DNA of 64,000 bases, taken from NCBI GenBank assembly GCA_964492195.1, contig CAZBJL010000004.1, positions 3,621 through 67,620 of the forward strand. Direction: 5' to 3'. Numbering within the stretch: the first letter of the stretch is position 1; each line of letters opens with the position of its first letter. The stretch comes from an uncultured Candidatus Saccharibacteria bacterium (lineage in GTDB: Bacteria > Patescibacteriota > Minisyncoccia > Phycocordibacterales > DATGWK01). Shown here piece after piece: positions 48,793 through 58,482 of this stretch. Position numbers and translations under genes: made by a program. The notes under the pieces were generated by a model that was given only the letters and a program-made list of their open reading frames with translations, was not told the DNA's origin and ran no database searches.

Positions 48793-49428
48793 CTAGCCTG
48801 TATGTGTACCAACTCGAACTTTTGCGGGACTAATAACTCTTTCATGCAGTTTGTAGCCTTTTTGCAACACAGAAAGCACCACATGATCTTCTTCGGGATT
48901 TTGCGTGCTAATCATTCCAACGGCTTCTGCGAGGGTGGGATCAAATTGCTTTCCAAGCGGATTGATTACTTCCACATTGTGCTCCGCAAGAATTGCGAGA
49001 AGTTTGCTATAAATTTGCTCAATTCCTTTTCGCCAATCCGCTGGTACATTCTCGAGTGTTTCAGAATTCGCAAACGCAATATCAAAACTTACAAGTACAG
49101 GAATAATTTCTGACACGAGATTCGCTTCTGCAAATTTAACCAAAAGTTTGTTTGCTTCTTGGTCTTGCTTCCGAGCGTTTATAAAATCTGCTTTGGCTCG
49201 CTGCCAGCCGGTAAGGTATTCCCCTTTCTCTTCTTCGCTCTTTTTGAGTTTTGTTCTTAAATCAGCAACAACATCTTTATTTCCTTTTGCAGTAAATTCT
49301 GAAAATTCAGCATCTTTTTCAAGTGTGCGGTCGTCGGTTTCAGATTCAGGAGTTATTGGGTCAGTTTCTTTTGTTTCAAAATCTTTTTCGTTACGTGATG
49401 TATCCATAGTTATAATTTCTGATTGCAA
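48793..49428 (-). CDS. grpE: Nucleotide exchange factor GrpE
   Basis: Acidic N-terminus, coiled-coil, C-terminal ...LQKGYKLHERVISPAKVRV. Confidence 0.9.
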   Translation of the reverse strand: MQSEIITMDTSRNEKDFETKETDPITPESETDDRTLEKDAEFSEFTAKGNKDVVADLRTKLKKSEEEKGEYLTGWQRAKADFINARKQDQEANKLLVKFAEANLVSEIIPVLVSFDIAFANSETLENVPADWRKGIEQIYSKLLAILAEHNVEVINPLGKQFDPTLAEAVGMISTQNPEEDHVVLSVLQKGYKLHERVISPAKVRVGTHTG

Positions 49429-49473
49429 CTACTGCTAATCATGTGCAAAAAACATTTCGCCGCACTGTACAAA

Positions 49474-49896
49474 CTATCGCTTAGACCACTGTGGAGATTT
49501 TCGAGCTTTCTTGAGACCGAACTTGCGGCGTTCTTTTGCTCGTGGATCACGTTTCAAAAAGCCGAGTTGTTTGATTTCTTTTCTCAAACTTTGGTCGTAT
49601 GTCAAAAGTGCTCGAGAAATACCGTGTCGGAGTGCTTCAGCTTGTGCACTGATACCACCACCTTGGATGTGAGCTTGGACTTTAAATTTGACTGGGAGTT
49701 TCGTCTGTGTAAAAGGACTTTTTGCGGTTACCTGGAGTTGTTCTGTTGGGAAATATACGGGAAGATCGAGATCGTTTATGCTAAAAGATGACTTTGCGGC
49801 TTCGAAAATTCGAACGCGGGCAATTGCAGTCTTACGACGGCCAATGGCTTCGATGTATCTTCCTTCTGTATTCTTTTTTGTGCTTACTGGTTCCAC
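49474..49896 (-). CDS. rpsI: 30S ribosomal protein S9
   Basis: ...GGGISAQAEALRHGISRAL...RDPRAKERRKFGLKKARK... Confidence 0.95.
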   Translation of the reverse strand: MEPVSTKKNTEGRYIEAIGRRKTAIARVRIFEAAKSSFSINDLDLPVYFPTEQLQVTAKSPFTQTKLPVKFKVQAHIQGGGISAQAEALRHGISRALLTYDQSLRKEIKQLGFLKRDPRAKERRKFGLKKARKSPQWSKR

Positions 49897-49901
49897 TTTG
49901 T

Positions 49902-50255
49902 TTATTCGGTAACGTGAAGATTTTTAATCATTTGTGCACGAAGCTTGTTTGTTGGCAACATACCATACACTGTTTTTCTGAAAAGTTCCTTGTATCCTTT
50001 TTCTTTAATAAAACGTTCGATTGATACCTCTTTGAGGTTACCTCGATATCCGGTGTGATGACGGAAAACTGTATCGTTTAGTTTCTTTGAACTGATTTTA
50101 ACTTGAGAAGCGTTCGAAATATGAACTTCAACCGGGGCAACTGCATTTCTCTTGTAGCCAGTCATTTTTTTGCCCATAAGCATAGTCGCTGCCTCGCTTG
50201 CAACGCGACCAAGACTCTTATTCGCAGTGTCGATTGTGTATTTCATATTAAACAA
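49902..50255 (-). CDS. rplM: 50S ribosomal protein L13
   Basis: 117 aa; L13 family along the full length. Confidence 0.95.
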   Translation of the reverse strand: MFNMKYTIDTANKSLGRVASEAATMLMGKKMTGYKRNAVAPVEVHISNASQVKISSKKLNDTVFRHHTGYRGNLKEVSIERFIKEKGYKELFRKTVYGMLPTNKLRAQMIKNLHVTE

Positions 50256-50595
50256 ATTCGATTATGGCCTGTCGTGCGCCATCGCTCTCTCGTCGAACGA
50301 GCTTGGTTATCCTAACATATCCACCTTTTCGGTCAGCATATTTTGGACTGATGGTCATAGCAATCTTTTTTGCACTTGCGTCACCGATGAGATTAGCAAT
50401 GCCACGTCGTGATGCAAGAGTTTGCTTTTTGCCGTTTGTAACAAGTCTTTCAATGTATGGACGAAGCGCCTTGGCTTTTTCTTCTGTAGTTTTGATTTTT
50501 TCGTCACGAACAAGAGAGACGGCTAAAGAACGCATGAGGGCAATACGCTGTCCTCGTTCTCTTCCGAATTTTTTGATTTTGCTGTGATGTCTCAT
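50248..50595 (-). CDS. rplQ: 50S ribosomal protein L17
   Basis: MRHHSKIKKFGRERGQRIALMRSLAVSLV... Confidence 0.95.
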   Translation of the reverse strand: MRHHSKIKKFGRERGQRIALMRSLAVSLVRDEKIKTTEEKAKALRPYIERLVTNGKKQTLASRRGIANLIGDASAKKIAMTISPKYADRKGGYVRITKLVRRESDGARQAIIEFV

Positions 50596-50638
50596 GGTAT
50601 TGGTCTGACACTATAACACGGGTATCGCTTGGATTCAA

Positions 50639-51592
50639 TTATTCGAGAGTCATTCCGAAATCGGCCAAAACTTTCTTGATTTCGCCAATTCCCTTTGCTC
50701 CTAAACCTTCAATTTCCAAAATATCTTTCTTCTTCTTTCTTACTAAACCGCCAACTGTTCGAATGTTTGCAAGAGTAAGAGCGTTAATAGTTCGCTGTGA
50801 AAGATTGATAGTTTCGATACGAGTTTTCAAAAGTTCCTGATCAAGTTCTTTGCTGTCGCCGTCATTTTCTGTAGGCATGTCATTTTGCACAATTTCTTCT
50901 TCTTTAAAACCAATGATTGCTTTCAATTGGTTAATCATGATTTCAATAGATTTTTCGATCGCTTCACGAGGAGTGATAGTACCGTCAGTTTCGATATTGA
51001 TTCGAAGTCGGTTGAAATCTGTTCGATCGCCAACTCGCATATTTTCAACTTCGTAGCTCACTTTTCGGATTGGAGTGAAAACCGCATCAACTGCAATGGT
51101 ACCGATATCAACTCGATTTTTCTGGAGAGATTCTTTTGAAACAAAACCAAGACCTTTCTCAACAGTAATTTCCATAGAAAGTTCTGCGTTTTTGTCTGTT
51201 GTGTGGGCAATAACGAGATCAGGATTAAGAACGGTAACTTGGCCAGGAACTTTGATATCGCTCGCTTTGATTTCTTGAGCGCCTTTGATTTTAAGAGTGA
51301 GTGTTTGAGGTTCGTCAGTAAGCATCTTAATGCGAACTCGTTTGAGGTTCAAAAGAAGTGTGATTGCATCTTCCTTGACGCCATTCATTGATGAAAACTC
51401 ATGACTTACGCCAGCAATTTTCACAGATGTAATAGCTGCACCAGGAAGAGATGACAAAATCATTCGTCGGAGTGAATTTCCGAGTGTGTGGCCGTAGCCA
51501 GGATAAAAACCATCGATTTCGTATACCCCAGCGAACTCTGTTTCGCTTACTACCTTAGGTTTTGATGGTAAAACAATTGAATGATGAATCAT
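50639..51592 (-). CDS. rpoA: DNA-directed RNA polymerase subunit alpha
   Basis: N-terminal dimerisation domain and C-terminal alphaCTD (…INALTLANIRTVGGL…); 317 aa. Confidence 0.95.
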   Translation of the reverse strand: MIHHSIVLPSKPKVVSETEFAGVYEIDGFYPGYGHTLGNSLRRMILSSLPGAAITSVKIAGVSHEFSSMNGVKEDAITLLLNLKRVRIKMLTDEPQTLTLKIKGAQEIKASDIKVPGQVTVLNPDLVIAHTTDKNAELSMEITVEKGLGFVSKESLQKNRVDIGTIAVDAVFTPIRKVSYEVENMRVGDRTDFNRLRINIETDGTITPREAIEKSIEIMINQLKAIIGFKEEEIVQNDMPTENDGDSKELDQELLKTRIETINLSQRTINALTLANIRTVGGLVRKKKKDILEIEGLGAKGIGEIKKVLADFGMTLE

Positions 51593-51612
51593 ATAAATAT
51601 AAAAATAATGAA

Positions 51613-52236
51613 TTAACGACTATAAAATTCGATCACCGCGTTGAGATCAAAGATGGTATCGACTTTTGCTGCCATCGACGGTGTTCCGGAAATTGTGGCC
51701 ATGATTTTGTCTGGGTTCGCTTGAATCCAGGTTGGCGCTGTAAAATTTTTCATTCGATTCTCTGCTTCTGCAAACAAAGGCTTTTTCGCACTACCTTCTC
51801 TCACCCCGATCACATCACCTTCAGAAACTTGGTATGAAGGAATGTTGAGTCTTCGGCCATTGACGGTGATGTGACCGTGAGAAACCATCTGGCGAGCACC
51901 AGAACGAGTTGTTGCGAGGCCCATTTTGTAGACAACGTTATCGAGTCTTGTTTCGAGTAAGGCAAAAAGAGTTGGAACAGTACTGTTTTTTGAAGCGATT
52001 GCTTTACGAACGTAGTTAGAAAACTGTCGTTCTGTCAAAAGGTATGTAAATCGAGCTTTTTGCTTTTCGATCAATTGTTCTCCGAATGCAGACTTTTGTC
52101 TTGGACCACGACGACCTCCTGTTGAAGATTTTTTAGATTTTCGAGCAAGAGAAAGTGCATACTTTGGGCTCTGAGTTTTTTCAAACACAGGAGCGTTCAA
52201 ACGACGAGCAATTTTGTATTTTGGTCCAATTATCAT
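51613..52236 (-). CDS. rpsD: 30S ribosomal protein S4
   Basis: 207 aa; S4 N-terminal and S4 RNA-binding domains. Confidence 0.95.
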   Translation of the reverse strand: MIIGPKYKIARRLNAPVFEKTQSPKYALSLARKSKKSSTGGRRGPRQKSAFGEQLIEKQKARFTYLLTERQFSNYVRKAIASKNSTVPTLFALLETRLDNVVYKMGLATTRSGARQMVSHGHITVNGRRLNIPSYQVSEGDVIGVREGSAKKPLFAEAENRMKNFTAPTWIQANPDKIMATISGTPSMAAKVDTIFDLNAVIEFYSR

Positions 52237-52251
52237 AAAAATATTTAAAGT

Positions 52252-52692
52252 TTATACTCGTCGTGGGCGAGGTGGTCGCGGACCGTTATGTGGAACAGGT
52301 GTGATGTCTGAAATCGATTTGATTGCAGCACCTCGTGAGACAAATCCACGAATCGCTGCTTCTCGACCAGAACCAACACCTCGAACAAAGACAGAGATTT
52401 CTTTTACTCCGATAGCTTGTGCCTTAAGAGCGAGAGTTTCCCCAACCTTTGCCGCTGCGAAAGGAGTTCCCTTTTTTGCACCAGAGAAACCAAGTGCGCC
52501 GCTTGAAGATGTGGCGATAGTGTTACCGTTCATGTCGGTCAATACGAGCTTTGTATTGTTGTATGTTGATTCAACGCAAAGTCGGGCGCTTTCTACTTTG
52601 CGTTTAGAAGAAACTGCAGGGGCTTGCGCCACTTTCTTCTCTTCTGTTCCCGCTGGAGCGGTTTCTTCTTTTTTTATAGCTCGTTTTCCCAT
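52252..52692 (-). CDS. rpsK: 30S ribosomal protein S11 (with N-terminal extension)
   Basis: ...VESTYNNTKLVLTDMNGNTIATSSSGALGFSGAKKGTPFAA... Confidence 0.95.
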   Translation of the reverse strand: MGKRAIKKEETAPAGTEEKKVAQAPAVSSKRKVESARLCVESTYNNTKLVLTDMNGNTIATSSSGALGFSGAKKGTPFAAAKVGETLALKAQAIGVKEISVFVRGVGSGREAAIRGFVSRGAAIKSISDITPVPHNGPRPPRPRRV

Positions 52693-52703
52693 GGTTGTAT
52701 GAA

Positions 52704-53084
52704 TTACTTCTTATCTACGGTCTTTTTACCGCTACCCATGGTCTTTCGGACGTTTCCACGGCGAGTTCGGGAATTTGTCTTTGTTCGCTGGCCACGTGAT
52801 GGTAACCCACGAGCATGACGCATACCTCGGTAATTTTTAATATCTTTAAGGCGTTTAATGTTTGCTTCAACTTCGCGTTTGAGGTCACCTTCAATTTTAA
52901 AATCTCCGATGATCTTTCGGATAGCATTTTCCTGATCAGCAGAGAGCTCTGCTGGTTTGAGACCAACGTCAACATTTGCTTGAGACAAAATAGAGAGAGC
53001 TCGTGAACGACCAACACCAAAAAGAGTGGTGAGACCAATTTCAAGCCGTTTATTATCCGGAATGGTAATACCTAGAATTCTCAT
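52704..53084 (-). CDS. rpsM: 30S ribosomal protein S13
   Basis: MRILGITIPDNKRLEIGLTTLFGVGRSRA... Confidence 0.95.
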   Translation of the reverse strand: MRILGITIPDNKRLEIGLTTLFGVGRSRALSILSQANVDVGLKPAELSADQENAIRKIIGDFKIEGDLKREVEANIKRLKDIKNYRGMRHARGLPSRGQRTKTNSRTRRGNVRKTMGSGKKTVDKK

Positions 53085-53087
53085 AAA

Positions 53088-53204
53088 TTATCCTTGTCTT
53101 TGCTTATGTCGTGGATTGCTTTTGCACACAACGTATAAAAAGCCTTTTCGTCTGACAATCTGGCATTTGGCACAAATTTTTTTTACAGATGATTTTACCC
53201 TCAT
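53088..53204 (-). CDS. rpmJ: 50S ribosomal protein L36
   Basis: Hand translation of minus strand: [38 protein letters not shown]. 38 aa, so below the track's length cut-off. Sits between infA and rpsM as expected. Confidence 0.85.
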   Translation of the reverse strand: MRVKSSVKKICAKCQIVRRKGFLYVVCKSNPRHKQRQG

Positions 53205-53205
53205 T

Positions 53206-53430
53206 TTACAGACGTTTGACTATTCTACCTTTACCACCATATGGATCAATTTCGATTGAAACTTTATCTCCGATGAGAACACGAATTCTGTGGAGCCTCA
53301 TTTTGCCCGCTAAGTACGTCAGTATTTCGTTTTCCTCACCTTCAATTTTTACTTTGAAAAGCGTATTTGGAAGTGATTCCGTAACTACACCAGACACAGT
53401 TTTAACCGGTTTTTTATTGTCTTGCATCAC
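53206..53430 (-). CDS. infA: Translation initiation factor IF-1
   Basis: 74 aa; S1-like OB fold (...[22 protein letters not shown]...). Confidence 0.95.
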   Translation of the reverse strand: MMQDNKKPVKTVSGVVTESLPNTLFKVKIEGEENEILTYLAGKMRLHRIRVLIGDKVSIEIDPYGGKGRIVKRL

Positions 53431-53500
53431 TTAAAATCGCAATGAACCATAGTCTAACAGACATACCCCTTGGCAGTCAACAATATACGCTATAGCGCGG

Positions 53501-54847
53501 CTATAAAGCCGGCTCAACGATAACTTTTATCTTGTCAGAGTTCTTTGGAAGTGTGAAGAACCAGACGGGGGTTATTGTGACATTTGCCTTCTCTATTGAG
53601 TCGAAATCTGCCAAACGAGCGCTTACATTAGACCTTTTTTGGCCAACCAAGCTGTCGGAAATTTGAACCTGGTCGATCTGCCAGACGAACTTTGCATTAC
53701 CAGCAAGCTTGAATGAGAGCGTTTTACTTGTTGCAGGATTAAAGGTGGCAATATTGTCTATTGAGAACGTAAGTGAATCGAGATTTGCTACATCAACATT
53801 TTTATTTTCACCACTGATTTGAAGATTGGTTAAGAATTTCGAAAGATCTTCTTTTGCAAAAATGATTCCGTAAATATCCCCTTTTTCTGTAATGAGCGCA
53901 GTTGAGGTACTTGTGTTGGCACCTTGAGGTAATTCTGCAAAGCTAAACGTTGAAGCGTTCTTGAATAAAATATGAGTGTCAGGAATCTGTGAAGCCAAAG
54001 TGTCCTGAAGGTCGTTCTTGAGCTTTGTTTCTATTGCGGCTTTTGCTGAAGCGGCGTCTGTAGGGGTAACTTTTTTAACTACCCCAGAAAAACCACCGGC
54101 AATAGGAGATGCGGGGTCAGATTTTGCTGAAAACTTTTCGAATCGAGGGTCACCTTTGAATCCAGGAATGGTGAAATCAGCAAGACCAATGTTGTACGAA
54201 GTTCCAGGCTGGTCAGCGTATACCGTTACCGCAATAGTTCCCGGAGTAGCGACACCGTTGGTTATTTTCTGTCCTGGCACGGTAACCTGGTCAGCAATTC
54301 TAAAAATGAGGCCTTCCGATGTTTCAAAACGGGTCTTTGCAATGAGAACTTGGGGTGAAGCGCTGTAGTTGTTGTAAATAACAACCTTGCCGGATGCTTT
54401 TTTATCTACTTTCTCTTCTCCACTGGCTCGGACCTCTTTGTTTGACTGGCGGCTCAAGGTGACGATTGTGTACGCAAGCTGGCCGTCTGTAGGTTCGAGA
54501 GCTGCAGTGCCAGAGATGTTTATAGGAAGGTTCGACTCTTTAGGGGTAACGGTAACGGTCGCTGATACAAAAAGGAATGAACCTGCGTAGAGAAAGACAA
54601 AAAGAATGGCGACAGCTCCTGCCCAAACCCAGATCTTCCTTGAACCCTTGCTTGTTTTAGAAGACTTCGGTGGAGTTTTTTTGATTGGTTTTTCTTGTAC
54701 TGCTTCTTCTGGAATCTTTTTTGTAATCACTTCCTTTGGAGCATCTTCGACAGGTGCAGCAAAATCTGATTTAGCATCAGGTAAAGGAATATTCCTGATT
54801 GAACGTCGGCTGCCTGGAACTATATCTTGTACAAATTTTTTAGGCAT
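53501..54847 (-). CDS. Bitopic membrane protein with Lys/Pro-rich cytoplasmic N-terminus and ~350-aa extracytoplasmic beta-rich domain, hypothetical
   Basis: TM helix VWAGAVAILFVFLYAGSFLFV after a ~70-aa basic N-terminus. Immediately downstream of the actin-like ATPase gene, with a 7-nt gap. Confidence 0.6.
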   Translation of the reverse strand: MPKKFVQDIVPGSRRSIRNIPLPDAKSDFAAPVEDAPKEVITKKIPEEAVQEKPIKKTPPKSSKTSKGSRKIWVWAGAVAILFVFLYAGSFLFVSATVTVTPKESNLPINISGTAALEPTDGQLAYTIVTLSRQSNKEVRASGEEKVDKKASGKVVIYNNYSASPQVLIAKTRFETSEGLIFRIADQVTVPGQKITNGVATPGTIAVTVYADQPGTSYNIGLADFTIPGFKGDPRFEKFSAKSDPASPIAGGFSGVVKKVTPTDAASAKAAIETKLKNDLQDTLASQIPDTHILFKNASTFSFAELPQGANTSTSTALITEKGDIYGIIFAKEDLSKFLTNLQISGENKNVDVANLDSLTFSIDNIATFNPATSKTLSFKLAGNAKFVWQIDQVQISDSLVGQKRSNVSARLADFDSIEKANVTITPVWFFTLPKNSDKIKVIVEPAL

Positions 54848-54854
54848 TATGATT

Positions 54855-56018
54855 TCATTTTACAAGAGTCGGATGTTGTTTGTAAACAATTTCACTGTGT
54901 GGAAGTCGGTTGTGAATGTAGATTGAAGAAAGCGCCACAAAAATATTTGGCATTTCGTCAGTACCGAACTCCGCAAACTGAGAAAGATTTGATCGAGAAA
55001 GAGAAATTGTGTTCGGAGTTTGTTTTTCGAGTATGTCTTTAAACACCGCGGAAATATTTTGATCTGAAATAAAGAAAGATCGCTGTGGCAAAAAATGTTC
55101 GTGGTCACTTCCCTTCTCCTGAACTGCCGTTTGGAGACATAATCGCCATTCTTCGCCAAAAGCTGCCACAAGTGCCTTCATTTTTTCCTTCATTTCAGCA
55201 TCGGCGGTGTCACTCGCATAGAGGTTGATGAGCGTACCAGCGAGTTCGGGGTGTGTGTCGAAATGCACCGCAACATTCCGTACAAGGTGGTTTTTGCCAA
55301 GCGGAAGTGAAATAACCGACGAGATTGAACCATGTCGAACAACAAGAACATCACTTACTTCACTCCCAATATCTATAAAAATAAAGTCTTCTTTGGGAGC
55401 AAAGAGCGGCACAATAACGTTCCAGGCAACAAAGGGAAGGCTGTGGAAGGTTACAGCCGTCGGATGGATCAACGTATGAATTTCAGAGTCGATTTTCTTG
55501 CACAAATCCTCGGAAGTGATTCCGGCATAGACCGAAAGATCAATTGATTTTGCTGATTTTCCATATGGATTAATGGTTTCGTAGCCATTTAACTTTATAT
55601 GAGATGGGATCTTTTCAATAAGAACGTCAGTGTCTCCGATATTGTTCTTAGAAATTGATTTGATCTGTTCATCGACAAGTTTTTCGATCATTTTTTGAGA
55701 CACAACAAAGGCAGACTCGCTTTTGAGACTTACCTGTTTAGAAAAAGAAGAAAACCACGGAGAAGCGAGCACAATGCTCACTGTGTGGATTCTTTTTCTG
55801 TGTTTTTCGTGAAGAGTTTTTACAACTGTCTGCAACGCGGCAAACATATGTGTAGACAAACTTTCTGCAGTGATTTTTTCTTTTACAGGAAACTGCGATT
55901 CATGAGTAAGCTCAATTTTTGGTAGTAAGCCCTTGGTGAATTGCACAACAGAGCCCGACACTCCGCCGCTTCCAATAAAAATAACGAGATCGTGTTCTTT
56001 TGAGCTTAGAAAGGACAT
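54855..56018 (-). CDS. Divergent actin-like (ASKHA) ATPase-fold protein (FtsA/PilM/Ppx-GppA-like)
   Basis: N-terminal LVIFIGSGGVSGSVV (phosphate-1-like, but the usual Asp is replaced by Phe). Later FIFIDIGSEVSDVLVVRHGSISSVISLPLGKNHL matches the DIGGGTTD / ...PLGG... region of FtsA/PilM/Ppx. Confidence 0.55.
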   Translation of the reverse strand: MSFLSSKEHDLVIFIGSGGVSGSVVQFTKGLLPKIELTHESQFPVKEKITAESLSTHMFAALQTVVKTLHEKHRKRIHTVSIVLASPWFSSFSKQVSLKSESAFVVSQKMIEKLVDEQIKSISKNNIGDTDVLIEKIPSHIKLNGYETINPYGKSAKSIDLSVYAGITSEDLCKKIDSEIHTLIHPTAVTFHSLPFVAWNVIVPLFAPKEDFIFIDIGSEVSDVLVVRHGSISSVISLPLGKNHLVRNVAVHFDTHPELAGTLINLYASDTADAEMKEKMKALVAAFGEEWRLCLQTAVQEKGSDHEHFLPQRSFFISDQNISAVFKDILEKQTPNTISLSRSNLSQFAEFGTDEMPNIFVALSSIYIHNRLPHSEIVYKQHPTLVK

Positions 56019-56042
56019 TGAATCCTTATAGTATAACAGAAC

Positions 56043-57830
56043 CTACGATAGAGTAGCTTTGATTCTCCTCACACCTGCAGACACGGCTTCTTCTTTTGCG
56101 ATTGTGAAAGTACCAAGTTCACTCGTACGTGTCACATGCGGGCCACCACAGATTTCTCTGCTGAAAATTCCCGTTTCTTCATTGCCAATTGTATAGACAC
56201 GAACAATATCTGCGTATTTTGCACCAAACACACCTTCGGCATTGAGTTCGCGTGCTTCCTGAAGCGGCATTTCTTTGAACGTAACTTCGAGGTCCTTCGC
56301 GATCACTGAATTAATAAGACCCTCAACTTCTTTCTTCTCAATATCAGTTAGTTTGGCGGTGTGGGCAAAATCAAATCGAAGCCGTTCAGGTGTAATGTTG
56401 CTTCCCTTTTGTTCAACATGACTTCCCAATACTTTTTTTAGAGCAGCGTTTAAAAGATGGGTTGCGGTGTGGTACTGAACAGATTTTTCACTTGTATCAG
56501 CAAGACCGCCTTTGAATTTTTGTTCGGAACTAGAGCGAGAAAGATCCTGGTGTTTCTTAAATTCATCATCGATTGCCGCAACATCAACAGTAATTCCCTG
56601 TTCTTTGGCCAATTCAATCGTAAGATCAACCGGAAAACCGAAACTTGAGAACAACGTGAAAACTTCTTTAGTAGAAATTGCGCCATTTCGAGACAATTTC
56701 GAAAATTCTTTAAGACCACCTGCGAGAGTTTTTCTGAATTTTATTTCTTCTTCAGAAATAACAGAAATAATTAGGTCAAAAACAGCAGAAATATTTTCGT
56801 AGACCTGTGCGTATGTTTTTGGAATAGTTTCAGCGATTTTTAAGATTCCACCTTCTTCTATTCCAAGGCTATCAGCAAATCGAACTGCTCTTCGGAGAAG
56901 ACGGCGAAGAATATAGCCCCGATCAGTGTTAGAAGGAGTAACTCCATCGGCAATCATAAAAACACTCGTACGAATATGGTCGGCGACGATTCTTTCAACA
57001 CGAATATCACTTTTTTGTGCCAATGCGCGAACTGCTTCAATAGTAGGAGCGAGCAAATCTGTTTCAAAAATACTGTCGACGTTTTGCATAATAATTGCGA
57101 GACGTTCGAGACCAGCTCCGGTGTCGACATTTTTCTGCTTCAATTTTCCAACGAGTACACCGTCCCGTTTCTCGTATTCCATAAAGACGTCGTTCCAAAT
57201 CTCTACAATTTTTTGTTCAGAATCAGCTTTGTTAAAAGCGTCAACATTTTCTAATTCACCAACGGTTCCGGTAATGTCGTAAAACATTTCGGTGCTTGGT
57301 CCGGTAGGGCCGGTCCACGTATCTTTTCCTTTTACAGACGGCCACCAGTTTGAATCCACACCTTTATAGAAAATTCGACTTTGTGGCAAACCAGCTTTCA
57401 TCCAAAGAGCAACAGACTCATCATCTCGTGGAATTTTTTCATCTCCTTCAAAAACAGTCACATACAGACGCGCAGGATCGAGTCCAAGACCTTCGGTTTT
57501 TGATGTTAAAAATTCATAACTCCACGCAATTGCTTCTTCTTTGAAATAACTGCCAAGAGACCAGTTTCCAAGCATTTCAAAAAAGGTGGCGTGAGTTTTG
57601 TCACCAATGTCTTCGATATCCGTCGTTCGAACGCATTTCTGAACATCGACAATTTTGTCGCCGTTTGGGTGTTTTTCACCCATAAGGTATGGCACGAGCG
57701 GCTGCATGCCGGCAGTATTAAAAAGGACGCTTGGGTCATTAACCGGGACAAGCGATGCGGATGGAATAATCGTATGCCCACGATTCTCAAAAAAAGTAAG
57801 GAATCGTTTTCTGATTTCGGACGATGTCAT
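56043..57830 (-). CDS. alaS: Alanyl-tRNA synthetase lacking the C-terminal C-Ala domain
   Basis: Start at MTSSEIRKRFLTFFENRGH... (the upstream track extension overlaps the udg gene). Catalytic and tRNA-recognition domains are present. Editing-domain motifs HTATHLL and CGGPHV are present. The protein ends about 600 aa in (...GVRRIKATLS). Confidence 0.9.
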   Translation of the reverse strand: MTSSEIRKRFLTFFENRGHTIIPSASLVPVNDPSVLFNTAGMQPLVPYLMGEKHPNGDKIVDVQKCVRTTDIEDIGDKTHATFFEMLGNWSLGSYFKEEAIAWSYEFLTSKTEGLGLDPARLYVTVFEGDEKIPRDDESVALWMKAGLPQSRIFYKGVDSNWWPSVKGKDTWTGPTGPSTEMFYDITGTVGELENVDAFNKADSEQKIVEIWNDVFMEYEKRDGVLVGKLKQKNVDTGAGLERLAIIMQNVDSIFETDLLAPTIEAVRALAQKSDIRVERIVADHIRTSVFMIADGVTPSNTDRGYILRRLLRRAVRFADSLGIEEGGILKIAETIPKTYAQVYENISAVFDLIISVISEEEIKFRKTLAGGLKEFSKLSRNGAISTKEVFTLFSSFGFPVDLTIELAKEQGITVDVAAIDDEFKKHQDLSRSSSEQKFKGGLADTSEKSVQYHTATHLLNAALKKVLGSHVEQKGSNITPERLRFDFAHTAKLTDIEKKEVEGLINSVIAKDLEVTFKEMPLQEARELNAEGVFGAKYADIVRVYTIGNEETGIFSREICGGPHVTRTSELGTFTIAKEEAVSAGVRRIKATLS

Positions 57831-57852
57831 GGAAGCATTATACGTGGCCTCG

Positions 57853-58479
57853 CTATACAAGAGAAGCGATGACTGCAAAATCTTTTTTAAGCCCCCCTTT
57901 TGTACCACCGTTATACAGAGCCACCGCTGGATGGTAGAGTGGAACAATTTTTACTTTTCCGTATGAAACAGTGGCTTCATAAATCTTGCCATGAGCCTGG
58001 GAAATCGGCAGGATTTCAGATTCAAGACCGAATTTTTTCATAATATATACCATCGAAAAACGCCCAAGCGTTGCAATTACTCTTGGCTTAATAATGTCGA
58101 TCTGACGGTCCAAAAATGGTCCGTAGAGTGCAATTTCATCTGGAAGTGGATCACGATTATTTGTCGGTCGATCCTTCACAATATTTGTTACATACACTGA
58201 TCCGCGCGGCATATTGATAGAAGCAAGAAGTTCATCCAAAATTCTACCCGACGCGCCGCAAAATGGCCGGCCGGTTTCAGCTTCATTTTTACCAGGAGCT
58301 TCGCCTATAAACATTATTTTTGCGAAATGGTCGCCTTCCCCAATTACAGGATGTGCCTTGTTTGCAATTCTCTCCTTATACAGTGGCGATACAGAAAAAT
58401 TTAATACGTCATCTTTCACTTGCTTCATACGCTCGTGACGATTTTCTACGTCTTTAGTTTGTTCGAGTTCGGACGTCAT
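57853..58479 (-). CDS. udg: Uracil-DNA glycosylase, family 4
   Basis: GEGDHFAKIMFIGEAPGKNEAETGRPFCGASGRIL: the family 4 UDG signature (GEAPG..E...G.PF.G.AG). Confidence 0.85.
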   Translation of the reverse strand: MTSELEQTKDVENRHERMKQVKDDVLNFSVSPLYKERIANKAHPVIGEGDHFAKIMFIGEAPGKNEAETGRPFCGASGRILDELLASINMPRGSVYVTNIVKDRPTNNRDPLPDEIALYGPFLDRQIDIIKPRVIATLGRFSMVYIMKKFGLESEILPISQAHGKIYEATVSYGKVKIVPLYHPAVALYNGGTKGGLKKDFAVIASLV

Positions 58480-58482
58480 ACA

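Noticed and set aside
53491-53505. Perfect palindrome TATAGCGCGGCTATA upstream of infA
   Set aside because: It is short, with no flanking U-tract or obvious operator context. It is likely chance or a minor promoter feature, and is noted only.
57831-57947. N-terminal 39-codon extension of alaS
   Set aside because: It overlaps the 3' end of udg by 95 nt. The AlaRS similarity begins at the internal Met (MTSSEIRKRF...).
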